Source of the DNA: Azolla caroliniana
Lineage: Eukaryota; Plantae; Polypodiophyta
Assembly (NCBI GenBank): GCA_043228905.1
Contig: JBHGNT010000010.1
Location: 3,720,001 to 3,784,000 of the forward strand
Direction: 5' to 3'
DNA: 64,000 nt
In this document: positions 39,148 through 53,100 of the stretch, one piece after another
Numbering within the stretch: the first letter of the stretch is position 1
Layout of the letters: every line of letters starts with the position of its first letter
Translations under genes and position numbers: made by a program
Notes under the pieces: generated by a model
Seen by the model: the letters and a program-made list of their open reading frames with translations, nothing else
What the model was told of the DNA's origin: nothing
Database searches by the model: none

Positions 39148-42100
39148 TGTTGAGAATCAAACTCAACTTCCCATAGAAATAGGTTTCACACTAGCTCATG
39201 GACATACCATGCTAGTTTTGTAAATAGTAGAAAGGGCCCTTGCCCTAGTTTAGTTGGTATTTAAACCAATACATTGTAACTTTGTTATTGTTGGAAGTAT
39301 ATATAGTCTTCTTGTTAAGAGCTCTCTTTCTCTCTATTTGTTGTACACACAGGCACACACACACACACACACACACACACTCAATTATCTTCCGCTGCAT
39401 TACACCACTAGCTCCATTTCTTTACATGGTATCAGAGTGTGTGGTTGCTTAATCATTCTTCTCATTTCTTGTGTGATGCTACATGCTGAAGAACAATAGA
39501 ACCGGCTCATCAACAGAGAAGAAATCACCATGAACACTCAGATGGGAAACACTCTTTCGACGAAGAAGCTCGACAGAATGAACTTCGCATCTTGGGAATA
39601 CAAGATGCATCAATACCTTGTCGGGCAAGGTTACTGGAGCTACATTGAAGGAGCTCACGAAACGCAACCCAACCCGACACACGCCGACTACCCAGCGTGG
39701 GAGCAGGTTGCAAGCCGTGTGTTGTATTGCCTTGCATCATGCGTACATGATCACATGCTTGGCTACATTCGAGAGGCGAAAATGCCGAAAGAAGCATGGG
39801 GCCAATACGGCTGCCCGCAAGCTCCAACTTCGTCAAGAGTTGAATGGCATTCAACAAACGGACATGTCAATCGACAACTACGCCTTGAAGATCAAGGAGC
39901 TGTGTGATGCCCTCGGGTCGATCAATGTTGGCATTGACGACAAAGAAATGGTGCAAATATGCCTCGGAGGCTTGGCACCTTGATTCAGTGCAATAAGGTC
40001 CGCCATCCTCGCAAGAGAGAATCCTCCTACCTTTTTCGATCTCCAGTCAATATTGTTGGTCGAGGAAAATCATGCCCGACAAAGGAAAAACGCACTAGAG
40101 GGTCAGATGCTCTACTCCCAGTCGGATGATAGAAGAAATTTCGGTCGTGGAAATAGAGGTCGATTCGAACAAGGCTGTCACGATCGGCAGATCCAAGAGT
40201 GTAACTCCCACAAATGGCAAGCGGACAGGAACAACTCTAGAGAGTTCGGCAGAAGGGGGAGTCATCACGACGAACCAAGCAATCGCAATAACCCAATCGA
40301 ATGCGTATACTGCGGAAAACTCGGACACTACGAAGAGGAGTGCCAAAAGAAGAAGCGAGACTCTGCTTCAACCGGTCGAATGTTCACGAATTACGCATCG
40401 AATTCCGACTATGACGATCATAGCGAAATGTTCATGATGAGGCACAAAGCACACTCAATGGTGATTGAAGGTGAAACAAGCACCACACCCTTAGAGAATG
40501 TATGGTTTGTTGACTCGGGAGCATCCAACCACATGATGTCTCATGAAGATTGGTTTCGGGAATTACGAAAACCCGAACGTCCCGGATATGTCGAGACAGG
40601 CGATGACACGACCCATCCAATACAGCATATCGGGAACGTCCCATTCGGAAACGATGGAAAACAAACCTACCTCAAGAATGTACTGCATGTCCCCACCATC
40701 ACGAAAAACCAGGTCTCAGTCGGCCAGATTGTCGAACAAGGAATGCAAGTACGATTCAACAACAACGAGTACTTCATCAAAACAGGCGGTCAAGTCTAGC
40801 TCACGGTCGATGAGAAGGCCGTATGTTTACCCTCGAATCGAACGAGGTAAAGTCAGCCATGTTCGCAAAGGGCCTCAAAGTCGAAATGGACTTAAATTTG
40901 TGGCACAAAAGAATCAGCCACATCAATCTCCAAAAAATTTAGAACATACAATTGAAAGGAGTTGTAATCAGACTCTCAAACTTTACCGCGAAGGAGATTA
41001 TGGGCGTATGTGAAGCATGCCAGTTCGGAAAGCAACGCCGACATTCATTCCCGAAAGAACGAAATGTGAGCGAAGGGATCCTGGATGTTGTACATTCAGA
41101 TGTATGGGCACCGGCCCAAACAAGCACAATCGGCGGATGTCGATATTACGTTACGTTCATCGACGTCTTCTCCAGGAACACATGGATCTACCCGATGAAA
41201 CAAAAGAGAGAAGTGTTTGGATACTTCTAGAGATTCAAAGCTGAAGTCGAAAAAACTACGGGTCCGCATGTACGTTGCCTTCGATAAGATGGAGGCAAAG
41301 AATATTTTTCAGATGAGTTTATGATGTATCTCCAAAAGGAAGGAATCTGACGAGAATTTTCATGCCATCACACACCTCAGCAAAACGGCGTAGCCGAGCG
41401 GAAGAACCGGCACATAGTAGAGGTCGCTCGGGCTATGATGAATGAGAAGAATCTACCGAAATTATACTGGGTAGAAGTGGCGAACACAACTGTATACCTC
41501 ATGAATAGGCGCACAACCTCGGGAGTACACGACATAACCCCGCATGAGAAATTCTTTGGAAAGAAGCAGGACTTATCACACCTCCATATTTTCGGCGCAA
41601 TCGCGTACGTACACATTCCCAACGATACGCGACAAAAGCTCGATCCGAAGTCGGAGAAATGTATCCTGGTAGGATACTCACTCGAACAAATGGGGTACAA
41701 ATGCTACAACCCATCTACCCAAAAAGTTTGAACAAGCTGAGACGTAGTCTTCGACAAATACGCATCGTGGTACGCACCAGAGGCAACTTCAACTCTGACT
41801 CCGCTCAACCTGGAATACGCCGAAATAGAGGTAGAAGTAGAAGATCGAGTTACGCGCATGTTTGACGAAAATCCAATCATGACCTGATTAAGTGGGCCAC
41901 AAGAACCTTCGAGAAACGCTTTCCGAAGCCGTAAAGGATCTTCAATGGGTCAACGTGATGCATGAGGAAATGGAAGCGCTATGAAAACACAAGACATGGG
42001 ATCTCGTTCCTCACCCGCTGAACAAGAAAGCAATTGGTTGTAGATGGATTTACAAAGTAAAACACAATGCTGACGGCTCTATAAATCGCTTCAAAGCACG

Positions 42101-43761
42101 GCTCGTTGCGAAAGGATACACTCAAATGCACAGAGTTGACTATGAAGAGACCTTTGCCCCGGTGGCAAAGATGACAACTGTGCGGACCGTAATTGCCATT
42201 GCGTGAACAAAAGGGTGGCACCTCCACCAGATGGACGTCAAGAACGGCTTACTTCAAGGCGAATTGGAAGAGGAGGTGTACATGATCCAACCACTTGGTT
42301 TTGAATCGCGCAGTCATCTGAACACCATGTGCCGACTCAAGAAGCCTCTCTACGGCCTCAAACAAGCATCACGTGCGTGGCACTCGAAGATCACACAGTA
42401 TCTTTATCAGATCGGATTTCGAATGTCAAAATCTAATACTTCTCTGTACATCCGAAACGAGTCGGATAGCCCAATTGTCATCATCCTTTACGTGGATGAT
42501 TTGGTTATCGGAGGAAAAGATCTAGCCGAGATTAACAAGGTCAAATCACTTCTCTTTGGTAGATTCGAAATGAAAGACCTGCATGAGCTACATTACTTCT
42601 TAGGCATCGAAGTAATTCAAAAACTAGTCGGGATAACGATCTCACAACGCCACTATGTCCTCAACTTACTCTACAAGTTCGGGATGATGGAGTGCAAACC
42701 TGTGTCCACCCCATTGGACCGTAATCTCAAGCTTGATGTTGATTTTGGCACCGCCGAGTGCGAGCCAACTCAATATCGCCAATTGATCGACAACCTCATC
42801 TACCTAACCATTACGCAACCCGGCCTCAACTATTCGGTCGGCCTACTCAGCCAATTCATGCAGAATCCGTGAAACCTTCATCTTGATTGCGCTTGGAGGG
42901 CACTTCGGTACGCCGATGGTACGATGGATTACGACGTCAAATACAGGTCAAATACGATAATTCGACTTGAAGGGTACACATATGCGGACTGGGCAGGTTA
43001 TAAAGTGGATAGACGGTCAACATCAGGATTCGTTTTCTCCCTTGGCAGTGGAGCAATCTCATGGAGTAGTAAGAAGCAACCGACAGTTGCACTATTGAGC
43101 ACGGAGGCCGAATACAAGGGCACGACAGTCGGTACGTGCGAAGCCGTATGGCTCAAACGTATACTGAAGGAGTTGGGCGTACCCATCAAAGATCCAATTC
43201 GTATATATTGTGACAACATGAGCCGTATCTACCTGGCTTGGAACCCCGTATTCCACGCGCGGACTAAGCACATCGAAGTACATTATCATTTCATCCGCGA
43301 GTGCGTACAGGCCGGAGATATCGATTTACAACATATCAGTACGCACCTCCAGGTTGCTGTCATTTTCATGGAAGCCCTTGGTATCAACAAGCTACGGCAA
43401 TTCGCATCGAACCTTGGCTTATCTCTTCTCGACCAGCCGAGCTTGAGGGGGAGTACAGAACAGTGAAGCCGAACAAGGAGTGCGCAACCGAAAAGCCGGA
43501 CAATCGAAGTTCGAAGTGTTCCGAAGACCGATATCCGGAAGTTGTGTTCGAAGGGGCGTGTTGAGAATCGAACTCAACTTCCCATAGAAATAGGTTTCAC
43601 ACTAGCTCATGGACATACCATGCTAGTTTTGTAAATAGTAGAAAGGGCCCTTGCCCTAGTTTAGTTGGTATTTAAACCAACCCATTGTAACTTTGATACT
43701 GTTGGAAGTATATATAGTTTTCTTGTTAAGAGCTCTCTCTCTCTCTCTCTCTCTGTTTGTT

Positions 43762-43797
<36 letters not shown>

Positions 43798-43843
43798 TCA
43801 ATTATCTTCCACTGTATTACACCACCAACTCCATTTCATTACA
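39148..43843 (+). mobile_element. Full-length decayed Ty1/Copia element (Copia-3) inserted in the Gypsy-A gag
   Basis: LTRs 39148-39426 and 43559-43843; TSD GGTGG; PBS TGGTATCAGAG 39427-39437; PPT GAAGGGG; gag zinc knuckle CVYCGKLGHYEEEC, PR WFVDSGAS, IN, RT YVDD, RH. Confidence 0.95.
39530..43466 (+). pseudogene. Copia-3 gag-pol pseudogene
   Basis: Consecutive broken ORFs covering gag, PR, IN, RT and RH, with in-frame stops (many CGA/TGG-derived). Confidence 0.9.
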
Positions 43844-45024
43844 GGTGGATACAAAAGACCGACGAGTATTGGGTTGTTTTTTGGAGGACGAAATGCAACC
43901 AAATGGCTTGGCAACGGATTGGGTGGTGGTGAAGAAGGCTTGTAGCCGTCTTGATAAGCGTCGACAATGGCAAGAGGAAACTGATATGGAGAATCCACAA
44001 TCGTGGAAGGCACTTGTGACGGTCGAGCCTAACAAGCCGATCAACAATTTCAACAAGAAAACGATGGAGGACTCTATAATTGAAGAGCTCTCCAAGAAGT
44101 TTGAAGCGGTATCGCTGGCTAACTTAGGTCGACGCGGGCCCAAGGGAAAAGAAGCGTATAGATGTGTGTGGTGCGATAGCTTCGAGCACTCGTGAAGGCA
44201 GTGCACTGACTTGCAAGACTCGATTCGCAAGAATGTCTTCTATTTGGACGACAACATGATTCATTTGAGTGAGACTCAGAAGCCACTATGAGTGAACTTC
44301 GGTAGAGGCGGGCTGAAAAAGATCATGGAGGAGGAAGACGCAAGGCATGTGGAAGCTATGCACTATGCCGCATCGGCCGGGATACGAGTTGGAAGAGAGA
44401 ATCTTAAGACGACCAAGCTAGGAGCTGGGTTTTGGCTGACAGTCTTCGAGCGTGTAAAGAAAGGAAAAATTGATTTGGAGGATATAAAACTTGCTAATCT
44501 GCATGTGTGACAAGTTACCAGATAGCCGGATCCAGTCGACCATAACACAAGCTTTGCGGAGGTTGTGTGTGACAACTATGAAGCTCTTTTCGAGTAGAAG
44601 AGGAAAAGAATTGGTGAAGAAGATGGCACATCAAAGCGTTGTCGTGTTACTTCGCGTAGATGCAAGGAAATGAAGGCGGAACCGCGGAGGCCTTGGACCT
44701 AGGAATGCAAGAAGGGAGATGAGAGAAAGAAACTCAAGACACGCGGGGTACTGAAACAACTTATATTAACATGGCAATTACAACAGGCTCAACCGGGAAT
44801 GAGCTACGAGCTCAGTTACCAACACATGCACTCCACAGTCGTGACGCAATAGGGTCTCAATCGGGAGCACTCGGGCTTCCTACGCTGTCATAGTATAATT
44901 TGCACACTACATGAAAATTGCATTTTGGTTCCTCCGGATGGGATGAAGGAGAAACCGGTAAGGAGAACCGGTGAGAACCGGATGAAGGAGGAACCGGCAA
45001 GGAGGACTCGGTAAGGAGACACGG

Positions 45025-48000
45025 TGTCGTGAAGAAAACCGTCCACAAGCGGAATCGGTGCACCGGAGCGTAGGAACCGGCTCTTCGTGCACATGCGCCT
45101 TATGTTGTACATAGAAGATCCTAGGCAGGTAGATTCGGTAGGTAGGGAAACGGCTCCTTCCTTACCTATAAAGGGAGGGAGACGAGGAGGGGCAAAGCAT
45201 CGCGGAGAGTCAAGGACGAAGTGCTGTCGGTTTGGGTGCGAAGGCTTCTCTCTCTCTCTCTCTCTCTGGTTTGCAAACGCCATAGCTTCCTTCTGTGCAG
45301 GTTTCGGGAGGCTCGCGCTGCTCTGAGGAATGCCCGAGTGCTTCCGGCAGCACCTCCAACCTACTCCTTCCTCTCTGTGCGTTTACGAGCAGGTATCGGC
45401 ATCTATTCGCCGGCCTGTTCGGTTGTAACCGACTTCGTGTTTTTGTTGCTTCCGTGTTCTTGTTGTTGTCTTTGTTAATACATACATACATTCGTGTCTC
45501 TCTGTGTCGCTGTCCCACTCGCGTCTTTGTGTCGAAGGGCCGTGTCCCTGTGAATCTACGCTCGCACGTAGTGGGTCTCTTGTCCTTTCTCTCTTGCTCT
45601 TCAGTACAGGACCCCTGAGGTCCCGCCTCATTCCACACATCCGCGAGGAAAACCTCGACATCTTGGTGAACCCGACGTGAAAGAGGCGGCAGAAGAGCAG
45701 AAGATGAAAGGGTCGGATCTTGCAGAGGCCATGGCTTCGGCCGTGGATCGGATACTGAGCGCACGCGAGGGCTCCGACGCCCGCGACAGAGCCATTGAGG
45801 CGGTCGTTGGTACGATCGGCCGGTTCAGCGGAAAGGATGCCACGAAGTATTTGGCGTCCTACGGGGCAGAAATGTTGATGCGGGACATTCCGGAAGAGAG
45901 GTGTCTTGCCGGGTTTCCTCGAGTGGCGATGCCGAGCATCCATGCGGAGGTGCTCGAGGTGCGGGCGGAGAGCCTGCACGTGGGAGGAGTTCGAAGGCCG
46001 ACTCCTGGAAAAATACGGGCTGGACGACGCGCTCCGGCTTTCGAAACGAGACTTCATGGAATGGGTGGAGTCCCTCGGCAAGGGAAGAAACGCGTCGGCA
46101 CTCCTACGGGAGTTCGAAGAATTCTTTGCGTGCCTTTCGGCGCTTGACCGAACCATTCTAGATACGAGCCGGGTCCTGCTGTTCGTCAAGACGGTGGACG
46201 AGCAGGACCGGGATCAAGTCGGCTCCTTGCTGGAAACCGAAGACGGGCTGACGACCGACTGGGCAGCGGTTAAGAGAGTCTGTGGCCGTTTCGACAAACG
46301 GCGAGAATGGGCTGATAACGGGGCGGCCGGTGCGGGGTCTGTCATAGCAAGGAGGCTTGAACCGGCACCGCAAGGGCGAAGGGAAGAAACCTGGGAATGG
46401 CTCGAAACCGGCCCGGCTTTGACCGGCATGGTCAATGGCTCGTTCGGAGGAGCAACGCTGGAGGAGTTGATGCGGGCGATAAAGGATCTCCAGATTGCCC
46501 AGACTCGAAGGGAAGGCGGCGAACCGGGTCGTGACCGACGACCGGCAGTAGGGAACAAGTGCATGTGGTGCGACGAGGTCGGCCACATCCGGAAGGACTG
46601 CGGCGATTTCGCAGAAGCGTTGAGGAACCGAGTGGTGTACCTGTGGGAAGGCCGGGTGCACGCCGGCGACACCAGGAGGGTCCTGAACCGAAACGACGGG
46701 TGAGGAGGTATGAAGAGACTGATGGAAGAGGCAGCGGCCTGACACGTAGAGGCCATCCACTACTCGGCGTCGGCCGGAATTCGGGTCGGGGGCAGCGAGG
46801 CCCGAACAGAGGGCAAAGACGGATTCTGGTCGGCAATGCTGGGAGGTCTTGCCGGCGCACGGCTAAGGAAAGATGAAACGGACCACGCTGAGGGACGGGT
46901 CCGGGAAATAACCGGGTGGAGCGATCCGGTCGAGGAGAAGATGGGCTTCGTAGAAGCCGCCTGCCGGAACTACGAGGCTGTGGTAGAAGACAAACGAGTG
47001 GGGAAAGCCGGAGCGGTCGGGCCCTCACAACGGTACGAGACCCGATTCGGGCAACGACGGAACGATGCCGGCGGGCCCAGCTCGCAAGATAACCCCAGGA
47101 AGGGCGGATACTGACTGGGGACGGAAATAGAAAGGACTACGGACCTACGGAAGGTCCTAGGGGAACGGATCCTCGACAGCAAGGTGGAGCTGTCATTGCG
47201 GGAGGTGCTAGGGATCGCGAAGAAGGAGTTCCACGACTCCATTGTAGACTTGGTGAAACGGAAGAGGCTGTCGACGGAGACGGATCCGGAAAGACCGGTA
47301 GAGGTGCGGACGACGCACATCGACGACTCGGTGCTGTCAGATGAGTGGGCGGAGAGCCACTATTCGAGGCCACACTGGGCCCGAGCGACCACGGAGACCC
47401 CGGTAAAGATCGGAGATGTTCAGGAACCGGTGGTGGCGTTGGTGGACCACGGTTCGGAAATAAACCTGATGTCCATGGACTTCTATAAGAAGGGGAAGTG
47501 GCCGATCAACACCAAGCACGGGTGGAAGATACGGGCGGCGACGCGCGCCACCGAGGAACTGCATGGGGCCTGCCCGAACGTGCAAGTCAAGATCGGCGAC
47601 GTCGAGATTGACCAACACTTCTTCGTACAGGAGACGTCCTCGCACCCGGTCATATTAGGTGAACCATACATCACGGCGGCGCGAATGGAGACCAAGGTGC
47701 TAGACAACGGTTCGGCCTACGCAAGGGTCAAAAGCCAGGACGGGCGCCATTCGGTCCAATTTCTGACCGTGAGACCGAACCACGAGCGGAACCGCGAATC
47801 CCTCGGTGGCGAGAACCGGGAGGATTTTTAGAGAGGGCTGCCAAGGCGTGGGGCCGAGACAGTCTGGACACTCGGGAAAGACCCCACAGCTGTACGATAG
47901 AACCGAAACCGAAGAAACCTTGTACGATAGGTAGAAAATTCTGCTTCTCCGGCAACGGAGGGTGTATGATAGTCGGCATCATAGGGCGAGGTTTGATGAC

Positions 48001-50171
48001 GAGGGCGACATGGTTTCGGAGGACGAAGAAGTCGGCGTGGACTTCTTCGAGGCGGCGTACGTGACGACCGACGGGGCGAGCACTCCGGCACTTAACGGCT
48101 TCGACGAGAGCAAGTACGACGGCGAGTGGCTACATATCGGTGGATTTTTGAGGACAATGACGCCGGATGCGTCATGGACGAAGGACGAGGCCAACCGGAT
48201 CCGGAAGAAAGCATACCGATTCTTTCTCCAGGACGGATACTTATGGAAGCACCCGAAGAAGAGGAACGGCATCCCGCTCCGGGTGGTGGCGATGAAGGGA
48301 GAACAGGAGGAGCTGCTGACGGCCTACCACGACAGCCCTTGGGCCGGACACCGTGGAACGTGGGCCACGTTCGAGAAGATAAAGGGGAAGTACTGGTGGC
48401 CGGGACTGTACCGGGACGTGCATCGGTTCGTGACAACTTACGAGAGCTGTCAGATGCACTCCATAGTCCGACATCGGGACGAGCTTCACCCTACGTACCC
48501 TCCGACCATCCACTTCAAATGGATGGTAGATCTGGTGTCGATGCCAATGGGAGTAGGACAGATGTGGTATCTGGTCCTGGCTCGGGAAGATCTGACCAAC
48601 CAGGTAGAAGGCCGAGCCCTTCAGAACAAAACGACCGCGGCCGTATGTCGGTTCCTGATTGAGGACGTGATATGCTGGTATGGGTGCGTCAGGAAGATCG
48701 TGGCTGATCGCGGGGAGCTGGACGCCGAAGAGGCCGAGGAGCTGTTGGACCAGCTAGGAGTCAAGCTCTCGCTTACCACTACGTACAATCCGGAGGCGAA
48801 TGGAAAGGTGGAGCGCGGACACGGACCGATCGTCAAAGCGTTAGTTCGGGCATGCGGAGGTCAAGTCGGGAACTGGCCGCGGCTGCTGCCTTACGCATTG
48901 TGGGCTGACCGAACTACGCACAGTTCGGTAACCGGATTCATGCCGGCCGAGCTCATGTTTGGGCAGAAGCCGATCATGTTGATGGAACGTACGATCTCCT
49001 CATGGGCAACCGTGGACTGGAGAGACGAGATGAGCCGGGAGGAACTGTTGACGGCGCGCATACGACAGCTCGAGCGAAGACCGGAGGACGTGGAGCAGGC
49101 TGCGGAAAAGCTTCGGGTGGCCAGGACGAGGAACAAAGCCCGGTTCGACCGGACGCACCGGCTCCGACCGAAGAAGATCGAGGAAGGCGACTGGGTGCTA
49201 GTCTACGACAGCAGCCTCGACAACCAGCACCGAGCGGCACAGAAGTTCGCAAGAAGGTGGTTCGGGCCTTACGTGGTACAAAGCGCCAACGACAACGGGA
49301 CGTACCATCTGGCGGAACTCGACGGCACAAGAATGGCGATACCGGTAGCTGGGAAGCGGATCAAAGCGTTCAAGAAGCGTCACGACGACGAGCCGGATCT
49401 GGTTAACCTGGACCGTGACGACGAACGATCCGAAACCGAAGAAGAACCGACGGGCGGAGAATGAAGGCTGGACCGGTTTTTTCCGTCCCAACACAATTTG
49501 GCGCATGCCGGTGGATGCGCGGTTTGGTGGGGGCGGATGTCGTGAAGAAAACCGTCCACAAGCGGAATCGGTGCACCGGAGCGTAGGAACCGGCTCTTCG
49601 TGCACATGCGCCTTATGTTGTACATAGAAGATCCTAGGCAGGTAGATTCGGTAGGTAGGGAAACGACTCCTTCCTTACCTATAAAGGGAGGGAGACGAGG
49701 AGGGGCGAAGCATCGCGGAGAGTCGAGAACGAAGTGCTGTCGGTTTGGGTGCAAAGGCTTCTCTCTCTCTCTCTCTCTGGTTTGCAAACGCCATAGCTTC
49801 CTTCTGTGCAGGTTTCGGGAGGCTCGCGCTGCTCTGAGGAATGCCCGAGTGCTTCCGGCAGCACCTCCAACCTACTCCTTCCTCTCTGTGCGTTTACGAG
49901 CAGGTATCGGCATCTATTCGCCGGCCTGTTCGGTTGTAACCGACTTCGTGTTTTTGTTGCTTCCGTGTTTTTGTTGTTGTCTTTGTTAATACATACATAC
50001 ATTCGTGTCTCTCTGTGTCGCTGTCCCACTCGCGTCTTTGTGTCGAAGGGCCGTGTCCCTATGAATCTACGCTCGCACGTAGTGGGTCTCTTGTCCTTTC
50101 TCTCTTGCTCTTCGGTACAGGACCCCTGAGGTCCCGCCTCATTCCACGCATCCGCGAGGAAAACCTCGACA
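45025..50171 (+). mobile_element. Gypsy-D, relatively young, RT/RNase H deleted, inserted in the Gypsy-C LTR
   Basis: LTRs 45025-45660 and 49538-50171 (about 9 substitutions by eye); 4-bp TSD ACGG; PBS TGGTGAACCCGACGTGA at 45664; PPT TGGGGGCGGA; gag, PR (LVDHGSE) and integrase present. Confidence 0.95.
47984..49464 (+). CDS. Open Gypsy integrase reading frame of Gypsy-D
   Basis: HHCC-like YHDSPWAGH...YESC, core MVD...ADRGE...ANGKVER, C-terminal WFGPY. No chromodomain. Confidence 0.8.
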
Positions 50172-53100
50172 ACGGTAAGAACCTGATCAAGCAGAACCGG
50201 CAAGAGCCGGATAAAGAAGGCCGGTGAGAGTCTCTCACCGGATGAAGTGACAAATTTATAAATAGAAGAAAAGACTGTTACATGCATAGGGCAAGATTCG
50301 AACACTGTACATCCACGTAAACAGACCCCGACATTACCATTGTACTAACTTATCCTAAGTGTTCTAAATATAGATTCAATACATATAAGACCTTTATTTA
50401 CGCCTACCTTTATTAAAAGGTAAGTCATGCATTTTTAGAATACGTGAATACTTTATTTATAAGAAAAATGTACACCAATAAAAAATTACTCGTGCACATC
50501 TAGCGAGCATGAGCACTATATTTAGGAAATAAAAGCATAGTGTAAAAAGTAACTCATGCACATTTAGTGTGCATGAACACTTTGGAAAAAGCATGAAGCT
50601 ATGCTTAGCCTCTTCCATCCTTATATAAGGAGGAGAGAAAGATGTATGGGGTTGTTGATTATTTTACAAGGATTGATCAATCTAATATATTCGTGGGATT
50701 CACGAGTTTATCATCAAAATTCTCTTTCTTACAATCTAAATATTGATTAAATACACTAAACACGTGGGATTCACAAGTTTTATTTCTTACTTCTCTTTCT
50801 ACCTATTCATAACTAGCCTTATATTGTATTCTTCTCTCTCCTAGTCCAAAACCTCAGTGGTTCCCACCCGACTCACGCAACGATCCTGAGCTGAAAGGCA
50901 CGACACAAGTGGTGAACCCGACGTAAAACTGGGTGGCAAGGAGAGGAAATATCAACCGGGGGCTAACAACATGATGGCGATGTTTGAGCGGATGCTACAA
51001 GAACAACACGTGATGTCGAAGATTGCGGTGGTAGTAGAGGGGCTCATGCAACGGAATGGGAAATTCAACGAGAAAGACGTGTCGCAATATTTACGAGATT
51101 ACAAGGTGGAAATGCTATGGTGCGGGATTTCGGAAGGACTACAAGTGACATCCTTCAACTGGGTGGCGACCGACGGGCTTCAAGGGAGTATCCACGGGAT
51201 ACAGCAGCAAAATCCAACGTGGGAGGCATTTGAAGAGGTGCTAAAGACCACGTTTGCCATCGAGGACTCCTCCAAGGCAACGAAGAGGGGATTCAAAGAT
51301 TGGGTGGAAACACCGGATGAGGGGATGAAGGTCCTCGATGTGTTTTCGTCATTCGAAAGTCGGTTCGGGAGGTTGTCTACGAGAGATCAACCTATCCTCG
51401 CACCGGACAAAATGATCATGTTCCTACGAGCCGTGGACATCCGGGACTCGAAAGATCTTGTAGTGCTTTTGGAGGACACGACCATTGAGAGTGGCCTCAC
51501 CAAAACACGGGAAAGCGTGCGGGATATTGTTGCGCGATACACGAAGAGGGGGCAATGGCTTGCTAGCGAAGAAAAGAGGGTTTTAGAACCGATTCCGAAA
51601 CCAAGATCCAGATTTGAAAACCATCAACCAAGGGCTCGGGAGACTACGACTGAGAAGGGAATCGATGCACCCACGGTGGAGCAATTGTTGAAAGAAATGG
51701 AGAATCTAAAAATTGTGATGGTAAAGAAGTCGAATGACCATCGCACAAGCTCCAAGTATATGGACCGTCGGTGCATATGGTGCGATAGTACCGAACATGA
51801 TCGGAGGGATTGCAACGAGCATAAGGAGGTGTTACGACGGGATCTTATCTGCTACGAGGGAAATTGGATCCATTCGATGGACTCTCGGAAGCCACTCCGA
51901 CCGAACTTCCGGAAAGGCGGCATGAAGAAGGTCCTCGAGGAGGAAATAACGGTGAAAAGCAATTATGCGACAACTACGAGAGAATATGTGTCGGGGAGTC
52001 ATCGGGAGCAAAGGCGTCTTTTTGGCCGGAAGTTCTAGAAAACCCTAACAAAACTGATTCCAATGATATCTGAAGCACCGTGGAAGGCATCCGAGAAGCT
52101 ACGGGATGGGAGTGTCCTGTTGATAAGAATAGTTACACGTCCTATGCCAATTGCATGAGGTGTATGTAACAAAACGACGACGCACGGATGATGCGGCCAG
52201 ACCATCAAAGACACCAGAAAGCTGGAACTCCAGAGGGAAGGGGAAAGAAAAGACGATTCCAACATTCAAAATTGCCTCAGACATCAAACAACAAACGGAC
52301 TTGAAAAAAGTGTTCGAGGAGAGAATCCTCGATAGCCGGGTGGAATTTTCGCTTCGAGAATTACTCGGAATAGCGAAGAAGGAGTTCCATGATCTTCTTG
52401 TGGATCTCGTGAAGAGAAAAAGACAAAGTACGGAGGAGGACACTCCAAGGGTAAATGCGAACACGGTTTTAATGAATGACACTGAAGTGCAGGACGAAAT
52501 TCCGAACTCCCACTACACAAGGCCACACTAGGGACGTGCAACTACGGAGACTCCGGTCCGAATCGGCAACATCAAAGAGCCCGTGCTAGCATTGATTGAT
52601 CACGGATCGGAGATCAATTTGATGTCCAAGGTGTTCTACCGAAAGGGGAAGTGGCCTATAAACACTAACCATGGATGGAAGATCCGGGCAGCCACTAAAG
52701 CAACGAAAGATCTATTTGCGGCTTGTCCGGATGTGATGGTGAAGATCGGGGATGTCGAGATCCACCAAAATTTCTTCGTACAATACGAGGTCTCACATTC
52801 CATGATCCTTGGGCAACCCTTTATCACGACTTCATGGATGAAGACAAAGGTGCTTGATAGCGGTGCGACTTTCGCACAAATTCAGAGCCAAAGCGGAGGG
52901 AAATCCATCCAATTCTAAACCGTGTCGACAAATCATGAAAGGAACAAGAGAGAGCTCTTGTCCCAAACAAGGATGGATTTTTAGAGCAGACTGTTGTGGA
53001 GTGGGGAAGTGATAGTCCGAGAAGCCCTGATACCCCACACAGGAAGAAAACTCTCAGAGCAAAACAAGTACGAATCGGTCTGGATGGGGCATCTATGTAC

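Noticed and set aside
45210-47028. Several long antisense or overlapping ORFs in Gypsy-D
   Set aside because: Expected shadow ORFs of GC-rich gag and LTR sequence.
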